A stretch of 64,000 nt of DNA from Chitinophaga pinensis (GTDB lineage: Bacteria; Bacteroidota; Bacteroidia; 2-12-FULL-35-15): the NCBI GenBank assembly GCA_945885475.1, contig CAMCYR010000006.1, positions 22,231-86,230 on the forward strand, written 5' to 3'. The position numbers and the translations under genes were made by a program. This document shows positions 28,263-39,445 of this stretch, piece by piece. The number at the start of each line of letters is the position of its first letter. The stretch's first letter is position 1. The notes under the pieces were generated by a model. The model was not told the DNA's origin, searched no databases, and worked only from the letters and a program-made list of their open reading frames with translations.

Positions 28263-29555
28263 ATGAAGAGAGAAAAATCAGAAGCTTTGTTCGAGAAAGC
28301 AAAAAAATATTTCCCTGGTGGTGTAAACAGCCCTGTGCGTGCATTTCGTTCCGTTGGCGGGACACCTTTATTTATCCAAAAAGGCAAAGGTTCTCATATC
28401 TGGGATGCTGACGGAAACGAGTTCATCGATTTCTGCGGATCCTGGGGTCCTTTGATTTTAGGTCATGCAAACGATAAGGTAGTAGATGCGATCAAAAGAA
28501 CTGTGGAGAATGGAAGCTCATTTGGAGCGCCCACTGCACTGGAGAACGATTTGGCAGAATTGATCTTAAGTAATAATAAGTACATTAAGAAAATACGTTT
28601 TGTGAGTTCCGGAACGGAGGCCGTAATGAGCGCTATTCGTTTGGCTCGTGGGTTTACAAACCGTGATAAAATTCTCAAATTTGAAGGTTGTTATCATGGA
28701 CACTTGGACGCTTTATTAGTAAAAGCAGGATCAGGATTGGTTACTTTTGGAAATACATCATCAGCCGGTATTCCAGAAAGTTTTGTGAATGAAACAATTG
28801 TTGTTTCTCTGAACAATGAAGCAGCCGTGAAACAAGCGTTTGCTGAATTTAAAGACCAGATTGCATGTGTGATCATTGAACCGATTCCGGCAAACAATGG
28901 CTTACTGTTGCAGCGGAAGGAATATTTGCAATTTCTTCGTGAGATCTGTACCGAAAATAAAACACTCCTCATCTTTGATGAAGTAATCAATGGTTTCCGA
29001 GTAGGTTTTGATGGTGCTGCAGGATATTACGCTATCCAGCCTGATATTATCACCTATGGTAAAATTATCGGAGGTGGACTGCCTGTTGGTATGTATGGCG
29101 CTTCAGCGGATATTATGAGTCATATTTCCCCCGAAGGAAATGTATATCAGGCAGGAACATTGAGCGGAAATCCGGTTGCGATGGCTGCCGGAATCGCACA
29201 ATTGACCGAATGTTTAAAACCCGGTTTTTATGAGGAATTGGAAAGAAAGACACAGTTTTTAATTGCCGCCATTTTTAGCAATCTAAAGTCTCAGATCACC
29301 AATCTTAAAATATTTTCTGTTGGCTCCATCTTTTGGATTGCTTTCACAGACAAGGAAGTAGTGCGCACTTCCGAAGAAATAGATGCCGATTCAATGAAAC
29401 ATTTCAAAATCCTTCACAAGGAATTATTGGAGCGTGGAATTTATCTCGGGCCATCGGGTTATGAAGTTGGATTTGTATGTGAAGCACATACTGAAGAAGA
29501 TCTTATAAAAACTGCGAAAGCTTTTGCTGAGGCATTGGAAATCGCAATGAAATAA
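28263..29555 (+). CDS. hemL: Glutamate-1-semialdehyde 2,1-aminomutase
   Basis: PGGVNSPVRAF, SWGPLILGH, SGTEAVMSAIRLAR, FEGCYHGH, GKIIGGGLPVG, QAGTLSGNP; ATG 28263. Confidence 0.97.
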   Translation: MKREKSEALFEKAKKYFPGGVNSPVRAFRSVGGTPLFIQKGKGSHIWDADGNEFIDFCGSWGPLILGHANDKVVDAIKRTVENGSSFGAPTALENDLAELILSNNKYIKKIRFVSSGTEAVMSAIRLARGFTNRDKILKFEGCYHGHLDALLVKAGSGLVTFGNTSSAGIPESFVNETIVVSLNNEAAVKQAFAEFKDQIACVIIEPIPANNGLLLQRKEYLQFLREICTENKTLLIFDEVINGFRVGFDGAAGYYAIQPDIITYGKIIGGGLPVGMYGASADIMSHISPEGNVYQAGTLSGNPVAMAAGIAQLTECLKPGFYEELERKTQFLIAAIFSNLKSQITNLKIFSVGSIFWIAFTDKEVVRTSEEIDADSMKHFKILHKELLERGIYLGPSGYEVGFVCEAHTEEDLIKTAKAFAEALEIAMK

Positions 29556-29557
29556 TT

Positions 29558-30406
29558 TTAAAAGAATTGCGCGATCATCAATGCAATCCCCTGCAGGATC
29601 ATTGTTCCGTCAATTAGCACAACATAAAAATATTCTTCCCGTTTGGAGTTGGTCATAAACACAAGTATTGCAGTGATGATTGCTGAAATCATGAATGCAA
29701 TGCCTGTTTTCTCCCGGAAAATCCCACGCATACATCCCGCAACAATTAATGTGATGTAGATGAACATGCAGCCTAATGCAATCATTCGTGTGTTCTTTTC
29801 TCCGAATTTGTGGGCAAGTGTGGAAATATTCTCTGTCTGATCGATCTTCAGATCTCTTATATCAAAAGGGATACAGATGGCAATCATAAAAATGAATCGT
29901 GAAAAAAAGTGCAGCACATCATTCGATGAAAAGTCCGCTCCCTGATGCAGTATAGTTGGAATAATTGCTGTCACAGTCGTCCAGACGAGCGCGAGTGTCA
30001 GTAATTTAAAAAAAATATTCTGCCGAAGTTTGATGGCCGGTAAAAAATAAGCGACCGATAAAACTAAAAGAGGGGAGAGGTAAAATAGTATTGTGTAATC
30101 GTTAAAAAAAAATGTTGCTACAACGCCTGCAAGTCCTGTAATGCATAACGATTTAACCCAAAATTGATTTTTAGAGATCCATTTTCTTCGTGTTGAAAGC
30201 AGGTTGTTGTCCTCCCGAACGGTGTAAAAAATACGTTGTAGATTATAGATGAAAAGTGTTGCAAAAAAACTGAGCATCGAATACCACAGCAGATGATCTG
30301 CTGCACCCGTCTGGATTACAGAGCTTTGGATTAAGCATACAGTTCCGACAGCCACATAAATGTTGCCGAACAAAAGGAAGTCGAAAAAACGTTTGAAGAA
30401 AATCAA
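29558..30406 (-). CDS. UbiA-like prenyltransferase-family membrane protein
   Basis: Multi-TM protein with aspartate-rich PFDIRDLKID motif. Confidence 0.65.
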   Translation of the reverse strand: MIFFKRFFDFLLFGNIYVAVGTVCLIQSSVIQTGAADHLLWYSMLSFFATLFIYNLQRIFYTVREDNNLLSTRRKWISKNQFWVKSLCITGLAGVVATFFFNDYTILFYLSPLLVLSVAYFLPAIKLRQNIFFKLLTLALVWTTVTAIIPTILHQGADFSSNDVLHFFSRFIFMIAICIPFDIRDLKIDQTENISTLAHKFGEKNTRMIALGCMFIYITLIVAGCMRGIFREKTGIAFMISAIITAILVFMTNSKREEYFYVVLIDGTMILQGIALMIAQFF

Positions 30407-30424
30407 TTTTAAAAGAAATCTCTT

Positions 30425-31063
30425 TTATTTAATTTCAATTTCGTTGTTGGTGCCTTGAAGGATGAAGAATGTTCCCAAGCCAACACCAATACCAATACCG
30501 CCACCAAACAAAGAGCCAGTCTTTCTTTTTTTACGGGCAACACGTTCGTATCCCATTATGTAGGTATCGTGTGTCAGATATTCCATATTGGATACGGTTT
30601 TGTGCTTAATTTTTACTTTTGGTAAACCCGACAAGGCAGTAAACGCAAAAGGAGGAAGAGGGCATAAAAAACTCCCGGTTACAGCACCTGCCGCACCTAA
30701 AGCCATGTTTGTCCAGAATGCCCCTCTCGCTTTGAAGCCTTTTTCGGCATCCTGCTCTCCTTTAATAAAGTAGCGCATCTCGTCAATGGTAAATTCATTT
30801 CCGATCACGGAATCGAATACATACATGACGCTTTCGCCTTGTGGATTGCTGATAGAAAAAATACGATCATTTTCTATAATGATATTTTTCAGACTGTCTT
30901 TAGGGTTTTTCAGACTAGTAATACCGTTGGTGGTGTCTATCACTGTTCCAGTAACAACGTTTCCGTTCAACAACAAAATTGTGTCTTTTCCATTTTGAGA
31001 AATTCCGTTTTTTGCAAGCAGCATCATTAAAATGCATCCAATAACTGAAAAGGTTTTGACCAT
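30425..31063 (-). CDS. Exported hypothetical protein
   Basis: Signal peptide, DTILLLNG motif, hydrophobic Gly-rich C-terminus; ATG 31063. Confidence 0.7.
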   Translation of the reverse strand: MVKTFSVIGCILMMLLAKNGISQNGKDTILLLNGNVVTGTVIDTTNGITSLKNPKDSLKNIIIENDRIFSISNPQGESVMYVFDSVIGNEFTIDEMRYFIKGEQDAEKGFKARGAFWTNMALGAAGAVTGSFLCPLPPFAFTALSGLPKVKIKHKTVSNMEYLTHDTYIMGYERVARKKRKTGSLFGGGIGIGVGLGTFFILQGTNNEIEIK

Positions 31064-31276
31064 GATCTGAATTGATATATTTTGCTCAAAGATAACCATT
31101 CTGAAACATATCCGCATTTTAATTGTTATAGTTCATTGTTAGTAGAACATGATTTTATGTGTGGTATTCCCCTTAAATTCAGTCTTTTTCTATTTACTAA
31201 CAATGGTTTTGGAAACTGTTCGAAATTTTTTTATTTCTTGCAGGCCGCAATCGATGATATTTTAAATTTCGTTTGG

Positions 31277-31284
31277 TATATTTG
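31277..31284 (+). promoter_or_regulatory. -7 promoter box TATATTTG upstream of gcvP
   Basis: TAnnTTTG consensus about 23 nt before the ATG. Confidence 0.6.
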
Positions 31285-31307
31285 CATTCCCAAAAAAAAG
31301 TAAAAAA

Positions 31308-34181
31308 ATGATTTCAACTGATAAATTTGTTAATCGTCATAACGGACCCCGTGCGAACGATGTAAAAGTAATGCTTTCGAAAATCGGAGCAAAGAGTATA
31401 GATGAACTGATTGATCAAACGATTCCCGCTGCCATCAGGTTGAAGGCGCCATTGAGCTTGGAAGCCGGAATGACAGAATATAATTATCACAAGCATTTGC
31501 GTGCAATTGCTTCTAAAAATAAAGTTTTTAAAACTTATATTGGTTTAGGGTACAACAATACAATCATTCCGCCGGTAGTGCAGCGCAATGTGCTGGAAAA
31601 TCCAGGTTGGTATACTGCTTATACTCCTTATCAGGCAGAAATTGCTCAGGGCCGACTAGAGGCGCTGTTGAATTTTCAGACCATGATCATGGATCTTACA
31701 GGGATGGAAATTGCTAATGCCTCTTTGCTGGATGAGTCCACTGCCGCTGCGGAAGCAATGACCATGTTGTTCAGTAGCCGAAGTAGAGAGCAAGTAAAAA
31801 ATGGAGCAACTAAATTTTTTGTATCCAATGAATGTTACCCGCAAACCATCGATCTTTTAAAAACACGTTCTGCTCCTTTGGGAATTGTTTTGGAAATTGG
31901 CGATTGGAAAACGGCACAATTAGATGCGTCTGTATATGGCCTTATTCTTCAGTATCCAACTGTTGATGGAAAAGTAAATGATTATGCAACTTTTGTAAAA
32001 GATGCAAAAGCAAACGGAACAGCCATCGCTGTTGCAGCAGATATTCTGAGTTTAGTTTTGTTAACTCCTCCCGGTGAATGGGGTGCGGATGTTGTTTTTG
32101 GTAACACCCAGCGTTTCGGTGTTCCGATGGGCTATGGCGGACCGCATGCTGCATTTTTTGCTTGCCGTGAAGAATACAAACGAATCATTCCTGGTCGTAT
32201 CATTGGTGTGTCGGTTGATGCACAAGGGAATCCAGCATTAAGGATGGCTTTGCAAACGCGCGAGCAACACATCCGCAGAGATAAAGCAACATCTAATATT
32301 TGTACTGCACAAGCCTTGTTGGCGATTATGGCGAGTATGTTCGCTGTTTATCACGGTCCGGAAGGAATCAACGGTATTGCGCAACAGGTTCATTTGTCGG
32401 CCGTAGCGCTTGCAGCAGAATTGAAAAAGTTGGGATACACAGTAGACAACGATGCTTTTTTTGATACAATAAAGATAAGTGGTACCGACAATGCTAAGAT
32501 CAAGCAGTTGGCAGAAGCGGCAGAAATTAATTTCCGTTATGCAAACGATGGTATTGCAATTTCTTTGGATCAGACAACGGATGCGGATGATTTAAATGCC
32601 ATCATCGATATCTTCGCAAAGGCAGCAAATAAGCTAGGTTCCAAGGTTACTCAACAAATAATATTTTCTCAAAAATCATCGCTTACCTATAGAAAATCGG
32701 AGATCTTAACACATCCGATTTTTAATAGCTACCACTCCGAATCAGAAATGATGCGTTATATAAAACGCTTGGAGAATAAAGATCTTTCCTTAACGCATTC
32801 AATGATTTCATTGGGTTCCTGTACAATGAAATTGAATGCAGCATCCGAATTAATGCCGATCACCTGGCCAGAATTTGCGCACATTCATCCCTTTGTTCCT
32901 ATTGAACAGGCTGCAGGATATCTTGAAATAATCAACGCATTAGACCGTTCCTTAAGCGAAATAACAGGTTTTGCTAAAATGAGCTTTCAGCCAAATAGCG
33001 GTGCTCAAGGTGAATATTCCGGATTGCTGGTGATTCAGGCGTATCATCAATCGCGCGGAGACGCACACCGAAATATTGCATTGATCCCCACATCCGCACA
33101 CGGAACAAATCCTGCGAGTGCAGCCATGTGCGGAATGAAGATCGTTTTAGTAAAATGTGATGAAAAAGGAAATATTGATGTGGCTGATATACGCGAAAAA
33201 GCGACCCTGCATAAAGATAATTTATCCTGTTTAATGGTTACGTATCCAAGTACACACGGCGTTTACGAAGAAAGTATTATCGAGATCACAAATATCATTC
33301 ATGAATATGGCGGACAAGTATACATGGACGGAGCGAACATGAATGCACAGGTAGGATTAACATCACCCGGAAATATTGGTGCAGATGTGTGCCACTTAAA
33401 TCTACATAAAACATTCGCGATTCCTCACGGGGGTGGCGGTCCGGGTATGGGTCCAATTGGTGTCGCCAAACAATTAGTGCCTTTCTTACCATCACACACA
33501 TTGGTGAAAACAGGTGGTGAAAAAGGGATATCAGCAGTGTCAGCAGCGCCTTTCGGCAGTTCCTTGATTTTGTTGATCTCTTATGGATACATTAAAATGC
33601 TTGGAGGCGAAGGTGTAACGGATGCAACGAAGATCGCTATTCTGAATGCCAATTATATCAAAGAATCCTTAAAAGATCATTACCCAACTTTATATAGCGG
33701 AAAAAATGGCCGCTGTGCGCATGAGATGATCTTAGATTGTGCTGAATTTAAACGTCAGGCCGGAGTGGAAGTAGGGGATATTGCAAAACGTTTGATGGAT
33801 TATGGTTACCATGCGCCAACAGTTTCTTTTCCTGTTCATGATACACTAATGGTAGAACCTACTGAAAGTGAATCAAAAGAAGAATTGGATCGTTTTTGTT
33901 CCGTGATGATCGCTATTAAAATGGAGATCGATGAGATCATATCCGGAAATGCAGATAAGGAAGATAACGTGATCAAGAACGCTCCTCACACAGCAAAATC
34001 AGTAATTTCAGATGATTGGAAACATTCCTATTCAAGAGAAAAAGCGGTTTACCCTTTAAAGTGGGTGAAGGATGCTAAGTTTTGGCCAAGTGTTGCAAGA
34101 GTAGACAACGCACACGGTGATAGAAACCTGATTTGCGCTTGTCCTCCGATAGAGGCCTATGCAGAACCTGAACTGGCTTAA
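31308..34181 (+). CDS. gcvP: Glycine dehydrogenase (decarboxylating), P protein
   Basis: [51 protein letters not shown]. Confidence 0.98.
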   Translation: MISTDKFVNRHNGPRANDVKVMLSKIGAKSIDELIDQTIPAAIRLKAPLSLEAGMTEYNYHKHLRAIASKNKVFKTYIGLGYNNTIIPPVVQRNVLENPGWYTAYTPYQAEIAQGRLEALLNFQTMIMDLTGMEIANASLLDESTAAAEAMTMLFSSRSREQVKNGATKFFVSNECYPQTIDLLKTRSAPLGIVLEIGDWKTAQLDASVYGLILQYPTVDGKVNDYATFVKDAKANGTAIAVAADILSLVLLTPPGEWGADVVFGNTQRFGVPMGYGGPHAAFFACREEYKRIIPGRIIGVSVDAQGNPALRMALQTREQHIRRDKATSNICTAQALLAIMASMFAVYHGPEGINGIAQQVHLSAVALAAELKKLGYTVDNDAFFDTIKISGTDNAKIKQLAEAAEINFRYANDGIAISLDQTTDADDLNAIIDIFAKAANKLGSKVTQQIIFSQKSSLTYRKSEILTHPIFNSYHSESEMMRYIKRLENKDLSLTHSMISLGSCTMKLNAASELMPITWPEFAHIHPFVPIEQAAGYLEIINALDRSLSEITGFAKMSFQPNSGAQGEYSGLLVIQAYHQSRGDAHRNIALIPTSAHGTNPASAAMCGMKIVLVKCDEKGNIDVADIREKATLHKDNLSCLMVTYPSTHGVYEESIIEITNIIHEYGGQVYMDGANMNAQVGLTSPGNIGADVCHLNLHKTFAIPHGGGGPGMGPIGVAKQLVPFLPSHTLVKTGGEKGISAVSAAPFGSSLILLISYGYIKMLGGEGVTDATKIAILNANYIKESLKDHYPTLYSGKNGRCAHEMILDCAEFKRQAGVEVGDIAKRLMDYGYHAPTVSFPVHDTLMVEPTESESKEELDRFCSVMIAIKMEIDEIISGNADKEDNVIKNAPHTAKSVISDDWKHSYSREKAVYPLKWVKDAKFWPSVARVDNAHGDRNLICACPPIEAYAEPELA

Positions 34182-34270
34182 TGCTCAAAATTCCTTTGGA
34201 TTTGTTTATATGATAACAGTTTGTTAAATTTGTACTTTAATCTTAAATAGTAACCCAAAAATAAAATAAA

Positions 34271-35320
34271 ATGAAAAAAATCTACTTATTAATTGCAGCG
34301 GTGGCAGTTGTTTTTTCTGCGAATGCTCAAAACAAAATCGGAGGAATGTCAAGTTCAAACGAACGTTCTTCCTCAATCAAAGTTAAACCAATCCCTGTTA
34401 GCCGTGCTATCGGAGACACGTTAATGTGGTACCCAACACCGGGTATTTTATTAGCAAATTCTGCAGATTTGGCAGCTTTTACAGTAGTTGAAGAGGACAT
34501 CGATGGATTAAATCCAAACAATGCTGGTACCGATATGGATTGGGGTGTATATTATTCTACTGATTCAAGTTTAAACAGTGTTGGTAACCCAACGTCTAAC
34601 AACTGGTACCACCCTTGGGAAGTTCCTGCTCCTGCTGGAACAGATTCTTCTTTCTATTGGCATGCAACTTCTTGGTTCAGTCCATTAGGTCAAGCTGACA
34701 ATTGGTTGATTATGGGACCAGTTACTTTACCTGCTGGTGCTACTTTAAAATGGACTGACAGAACTAATCCTGCTTTCAGAGATGGTTACAAGGTTTTTAT
34801 CAGTACAACTGTATCTTCGCCCATGACATTCAGTGATTTCTCTGGTGCTGCGATCTACACAAAAACAGATGCTTACCCTTCTCCAACCTACACAACTGAT
34901 ACAACTTGGGTTCAACGAACTGCTGCTATCCCAGCAATGTACAATGCACAAACAATTTATATCGCTTTCCAACACAATGCAAATGATATGGATGTATTGT
35001 ATTTAGATGAATTTTTAGTTGTAGAAACAGCTGCTAGTGTTTCTGAATTCGTAAATGGCGCAAAATTGTTCCAAAACACTCCTAACCCTGCAAATGCTAA
35101 TACTACTATTACGTATGAATTAGAAAAAAATGCAGCAGTTTCTTTCAATGTATATGATGTAACAGGTAAAATTGTTGCTACACAAACAATCGGAGAACAA
35201 GGTTCAGGAATGCACAACATTAACTTCAACACAGAAAACCTTGCTGCAGGAATTTACCACTACTCTTTAGTAATTGATAACGTTGCAACTTCAGCAATGA
35301 AGATGGTTGTTATCAAATAA
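34271..35320 (+). CDS. T9SS-secreted protein (type A CTD) with cleaved-adhesin-like domain, paralog 1
   Basis: MKKIYLL signal peptide; ADNWLI...IAFQH...LYLDE; CTD QNTPNP...YDVTGK...LAAGIY...KMVVIK. Confidence 0.85.
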   Translation: MKKIYLLIAAVAVVFSANAQNKIGGMSSSNERSSSIKVKPIPVSRAIGDTLMWYPTPGILLANSADLAAFTVVEEDIDGLNPNNAGTDMDWGVYYSTDSSLNSVGNPTSNNWYHPWEVPAPAGTDSSFYWHATSWFSPLGQADNWLIMGPVTLPAGATLKWTDRTNPAFRDGYKVFISTTVSSPMTFSDFSGAAIYTKTDAYPSPTYTTDTTWVQRTAAIPAMYNAQTIYIAFQHNANDMDVLYLDEFLVVETAASVSEFVNGAKLFQNTPNPANANTTITYELEKNAAVSFNVYDVTGKIVATQTIGEQGSGMHNINFNTENLAAGIYHYSLVIDNVATSAMKMVVIK

Positions 35321-35340
35321 TTCAATTGTATTGATTTTCA

Positions 35341-35379
35341 AAAAAGCTCTTTCTGCAATTGTAGAAAGAGCTTTTTTTT
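35341..35379 (+). terminator. Rho-independent terminator
   Basis: aaaaagctctttct...agaaagagc followed by a T-run. Confidence 0.85.
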
Positions 35380-35475
35380 ATTAAAAAATTGTTATGTTTT
35401 AGGTAATAAAAAATAAATTGTTATCTTTATCTTTCAATTAAGAACCCAATAAATACTAAACTTAAAATTAAAAAA

Positions 35476-36525
35476 ATGAAAAAAATCTACACACTAATTG
35501 CAGCAGTTGCAGTTGTTGTTTCGGCAAATGCTCAAACAAGAGGCTCATCAGCTGCTTCTTCATCAGTTCATAAATATTCTGGTTCATTACGTGAAATGAC
35601 CGGTAGTTCTCGTGCTGCAGGAGATACACTAATGTACATGCAACTACCCGGATATACTATCAATTCAACGGATGCTGCAGCATTTACAATCGTAACAGAA
35701 GATAACGACATGTTGAATCCTAATAACGCTGGTTATGCAATGGATTTCGGTCTTTATTATTCTACAGATAGCTCTCTTGCAGGTGGTGTTCCAACTCAGG
35801 ATAACTTTTACCATCCATGGGAAACTCCAGCTCCTGCCGGAACAGACACTACTTTCTTTTGGAGTGCAACTTCTTGGTTTTCTCCTTTGGGAATCGCAGA
35901 CAACTGGTTAGAATTCGGACCTATCACTATCCCTGCTGGTGGTGCAACATTGAAATACTATGACAGAACAAACAGATATAGAGATGGATACGAAGTATTA
36001 GTATCTAACACACCTTCTGCTCCTTTGTCTTTTGGTGATTTCGTTACTCCTGCAATCTATACAATTACTGATGATGCTTTACCTTCTGCAACATACGCTG
36101 TTGATACAACTTGGGAATTACACACTGTTGATCTTCCTGCTATCTACAATGGTCAGGCAGTTTCAATTGCTTTCCACCACAATGCGAACGATATGGACGT
36201 ATTACGTTTTGACGAAATCCTTGTTGTTGAAAAATCTTTAGGTGTTTCTGAATTTGTGAACGGTGCTAAATTGTTCCAAAACTCTCCAAACCCTACAAGT
36301 GCTAACACTACTTTCACTTACGAATTGGAGAAAAATGCAAAGATCTCTTTCAATGTATATGATGTAACCGGTAAAGTTGTTGCTTCTCAATCAATTGGTG
36401 AGCAAACTGCTGGAATTCACAACATCGTTTTCAGTACTGAAAATCTTGCTGCTGGTATTTATCACTATTCATTGAACGTTGATAATGCTTCAACTTCAGC
36501 AATGAAAATGGTTGTTATCAAGTAA
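35476..36525 (+). CDS. T9SS-secreted protein (type A CTD) with cleaved-adhesin-like domain, paralog 2
   Basis: Same length (349 aa) and collinear with paralog 1; same CTD pattern. Confidence 0.85.
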   Translation: MKKIYTLIAAVAVVVSANAQTRGSSAASSSVHKYSGSLREMTGSSRAAGDTLMYMQLPGYTINSTDAAAFTIVTEDNDMLNPNNAGYAMDFGLYYSTDSSLAGGVPTQDNFYHPWETPAPAGTDTTFFWSATSWFSPLGIADNWLEFGPITIPAGGATLKYYDRTNRYRDGYEVLVSNTPSAPLSFGDFVTPAIYTITDDALPSATYAVDTTWELHTVDLPAIYNGQAVSIAFHHNANDMDVLRFDEILVVEKSLGVSEFVNGAKLFQNSPNPTSANTTFTYELEKNAKISFNVYDVTGKVVASQSIGEQTAGIHNIVFSTENLAAGIYHYSLNVDNASTSAMKMVVIK

Positions 36526-36545
36526 TCAGGAATTTTATTTTCTAT

Positions 36546-36582
36546 AGAAAGCCAAGGATTTTATCCTTGGCTTTCTGTTTTT
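36546..36582 (+). terminator. Rho-independent terminator
   Basis: agaaagccaaggat-ttt-atccttggctttct followed by a T-rich tail. Confidence 0.8.
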
Positions 36583-36667
36583 ATTTATACATCAACTCTT
36601 GTTTTTTATAGGACAATATTATATCTTTATCGCTCAATTAGAAAAACTCACATTAAAAACCTGAAAA

Positions 36668-37756
36668 ATGAAAAAAATTTACACATTATTATCTGTTTCT
36701 GCTTTTGCATTTGCGGCAACAGCTCAAACAGCCGAAAGTCCTTCGCAGCCATTTATTGTTAAGGCTAGCCCTTATGTAAACATAGGTGGTGAGCGTATTA
36801 TCGGAAATCCTGATACTACAGGAATCGTTAATTTTACTGATTTTTTGCCTGAATTTGATGGATTGAATCCTGTATTTTATTCTTACGGAACTGCTGCGTT
36901 AACTACTGGATACCTTTATGGTAACAACGGTAGTGGTAACGGTTTCAAAGAAGTTGCTCAAGGTTACCAAAACATTATCGGATCACCTGTAAAAGTGATT
37001 GGTGTATTAATGTGGTTCGGTGGAAAACAAAGCGATATGGGAAGTTCTGCAACTTCTAAAGTTGTTGTTAAATCTTATGATATGGCTGCTAACAAAGCAT
37101 ACAACGTTAATGCTGGTGCTTTCAACTCAACTGTTCTTAACTTCATTGGACCAAACATTGTTAGAAATTCTGCTGATATCTTATATGCTGATATCGATAC
37201 AGTTGATTTTAACTATGTTTCTTTCACATCTCCTCAAACATATGTTGGTGATTTCGCAGTTTCTGTGGATTTCTCAACACTTGCTGCTGGTGATACTGCT
37301 GGTTTAGTTTCTGATGATGTCAATTCAGCTTTGGATCAGGATTATGCTTACCACAAATCTGTAATTGGTGCAACTGTAAGATGGTTTGTTACTGACGAAT
37401 TGTTCTCTGGTGCTGCTGCAACTGGTCTTTTTGATAACAGCGCAGCTATTTGGGCGGTTATCAGTGATGCAACTGGTGTTAACGAATTCTTTAACGGAAT
37501 GAAATTAACAACTTACCCTAATCCTGCTGTAAACAACGTTGTTGTTGAATACACACTAGAGAAAAATGCAAACGCTGTCAGCCTTGTTATGTTTGACAAA
37601 ACAGGTCGTAAGATTGTAAACAATTCTTATGGTTCTCAAAATGCAGGAACATACAAAGTGAACATCGAAACGTCTAACCTTGCTGCTGGTACTTATTTCT
37701 ACCAATTAAATGCAGGTGGACATAATTTCACAAAACAAATCGTTATTACTAAATAA
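36668..37756 (+). CDS. T9SS-secreted protein (type A CTD), different passenger domain
   Basis: MKKIYTLL signal peptide; CTD YPNP...LAAGTYFY...KQIVITK. Confidence 0.85.
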   Translation: MKKIYTLLSVSAFAFAATAQTAESPSQPFIVKASPYVNIGGERIIGNPDTTGIVNFTDFLPEFDGLNPVFYSYGTAALTTGYLYGNNGSGNGFKEVAQGYQNIIGSPVKVIGVLMWFGGKQSDMGSSATSKVVVKSYDMAANKAYNVNAGAFNSTVLNFIGPNIVRNSADILYADIDTVDFNYVSFTSPQTYVGDFAVSVDFSTLAAGDTAGLVSDDVNSALDQDYAYHKSVIGATVRWFVTDELFSGAAATGLFDNSAAIWAVISDATGVNEFFNGMKLTTYPNPAVNNVVVEYTLEKNANAVSLVMFDKTGRKIVNNSYGSQNAGTYKVNIETSNLAAGTYFYQLNAGGHNFTKQIVITK

Positions 37757-37772
37757 TTTCGGTTTCATCCAT

Positions 37773-37811
37773 AAAAAAAATCTCAGGAGATAGTCTCCTG
37801 AGATTTTTTTT
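37773..37811. terminator. Bidirectional rho-independent terminator
   Basis: A-run, tctcaggaga/tctcctgaga stem, T-run; between convergent genes. Confidence 0.88.
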
Positions 37812-37828
37812 GTAAAAAATTTAAAAAC

Positions 37829-38581
37829 TTAAAATTTAGACTTTAAGTCTTTCATAAATTTAGTAGCATACACAAAATCACATACTTCTTTGTTGTCGGT
37901 TTTTAATATCTCCTCCTTATTTCCTTCCCACCATTTATCACCTTTATAGATAAACATAATGTGATCTCCGATCTCAATAACTGAATTCATATCGTGCGTG
38001 ATCACAACGGTTGTAATGCCATATTCATCTGTTATTTCTTTAATTAAATTATCGATTACGATCGAGGTTTTTGGATCAAGTCCCGAATTGGGTTCATCGC
38101 AAAATAAATATTTAGGCTGCACCGCAATAGCTCTTGCAATTGCCACACGCTTTTTCATTCCGCCACTTAATTCGGCGGGGTATAATTTATTGGCATCAGG
38201 AAGATTAACACGTTGTAAACAGAAGTTCGCGCGATCTCGTTTCTCACTTTCAGTCAGATCGGTAAACATCGATAAAGGGAAAACAACATTTTCTTCTACT
38301 GTTTTAGAATCGAATAATGCACCGCCCTGAAACAGCATTCCTATTTCCTTACGGATAGATTTTTTTCCTTTAAAATCGAGCTCATAAAAATTTCTTCCAT
38401 CAAATAAAACTTCTCCAGTATCGAGCTCATTCAAACCAACCATACATTTTAACAAAGTTGTTTTGCCCGATCCGCTTTCGCCGATAATGATATTGGTTTT
38501 ACCGCTTTCAAATTTGAAAGAAATATCATTCAGTACTTTGCGCCCTGAAAAAGATTTAGATATGTTGTTTATTTCTATCAC
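37829..38581 (-). CDS. mlaF: MlaF-like ABC transporter ATP-binding protein
   Basis: GESGSGKT, FQGGALFDS, LSGGMKKRVA, DEPNSGLDP; overlaps the MlaE-like gene. Confidence 0.88.
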   Translation of the reverse strand: MIEINNISKSFSGRKVLNDISFKFESGKTNIIIGESGSGKTTLLKCMVGLNELDTGEVLFDGRNFYELDFKGKKSIRKEIGMLFQGGALFDSKTVEENVVFPLSMFTDLTESEKRDRANFCLQRVNLPDANKLYPAELSGGMKKRVAIARAIAVQPKYLFCDEPNSGLDPKTSIVIDNLIKEITDEYGITTVVITHDMNSVIEIGDHIMFIYKGDKWWEGNKEEILKTDNKEVCDFVYATKFMKDLKSKF

Positions 38582-39318
38582 ACTAGTAAAACCTGTGTTA
38601 GTATTAAGTCGAATGCAAGAATGAGTACACTTGTATATACAACTCCTTTTGTACTTGAGCGGCCTACTTCAAGGGCGCCACCATTCGTATAATAACCGTG
38701 GTATGCAGGAACCGATGCAATCAGAAATGCAAATACTCCTGATTTTATCAAGGCGTAAATAACGTTGTAAGGTCTGAATTCATAGGTGATACCAAGAATG
38801 TACTGATAGTCGGTTACAACACCTGACATCAATCCGAAAACGTATCCTCCTAAAATCCCCAAGAACATAGAGAAAACAATAAGTACGGGATTGAAAAGGA
38901 CAGATGCAACGATTTTAGGGAATATTAAATATCCGGCAGAATTGATTCCCATGATCTCCAGCGCATCAATTTGTTCGGTAACTCTCATCGTCCCGATTTC
39001 GGAAGCGATGCTGGATCCTACTTTTCCTGCTAAGATCAAACTCACAATAGCAGGTGAAAATTCAAGAATCATCGAATCGCGGACGGCAACACCAACAGCG
39101 TAAGCGGGTATTAAGGGGCTTTCAAAATTGAAAGCCGACTGGATCGTGATAACTGCACCCATGAATACAGAAATGATCGCAACAATACCCAAAGATCCTA
39201 TTCCCAAGGAATTTATTTCTTCAAAAATACGGTCGCGGTAGATTGCACGCTTTTCGGGCTTTCCGAAAGCCCGCCTGATCAACATAAAATAACGACCGAA
39301 ATGATAAAATACATTCAT
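38578..39318 (-). CDS. mlaE: MlaE-family ABC transporter permease
   Basis: AGKVGSSIASEIGTMRVTEQIDALE, GALEVGRSST. Confidence 0.9.
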   Translation of the reverse strand: MNVFYHFGRYFMLIRRAFGKPEKRAIYRDRIFEEINSLGIGSLGIVAIISVFMGAVITIQSAFNFESPLIPAYAVGVAVRDSMILEFSPAIVSLILAGKVGSSIASEIGTMRVTEQIDALEIMGINSAGYLIFPKIVASVLFNPVLIVFSMFLGILGGYVFGLMSGVVTDYQYILGITYEFRPYNVIYALIKSGVFAFLIASVPAYHGYYTNGGALEVGRSSTKGVVYTSVLILAFDLILTQVLLV

Positions 39319-39412
39319 GTTTTTGAAGGAAAAGCACCGTGTTTTCAGAACACACTGAATTCAGGCATAAAAATAAGAATAATTGACCACAATTAATGTG
39401 TTTTGTTTTCTC

Positions 39413-39420
39413 TATATTTG
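39413..39420 (+). promoter_or_regulatory. -7 promoter box TATATTTG upstream of the small lipoprotein ORF
   Basis: TAnnTTTG consensus about 25 nt before ATG 39446. Confidence 0.55.
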
Positions 39421-39445
39421 CCTACCAATCTATCGTCAACAGATT

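Noticed and set aside
31064-31307. Glycine riboswitch upstream of gcvP, and the 73-aa ORF at 31082-31303
   Set aside because: The region is AT-rich with no recognisable aptamer motifs, and the promoter box only ~23 nt from the ATG leaves no room; the ORF has no coding features.
34271-36525. Two 349-aa genes as a duplicated-contig artefact
   Set aside because: They differ at many nucleotide and amino-acid positions and have different terminators; they are true paralogs.
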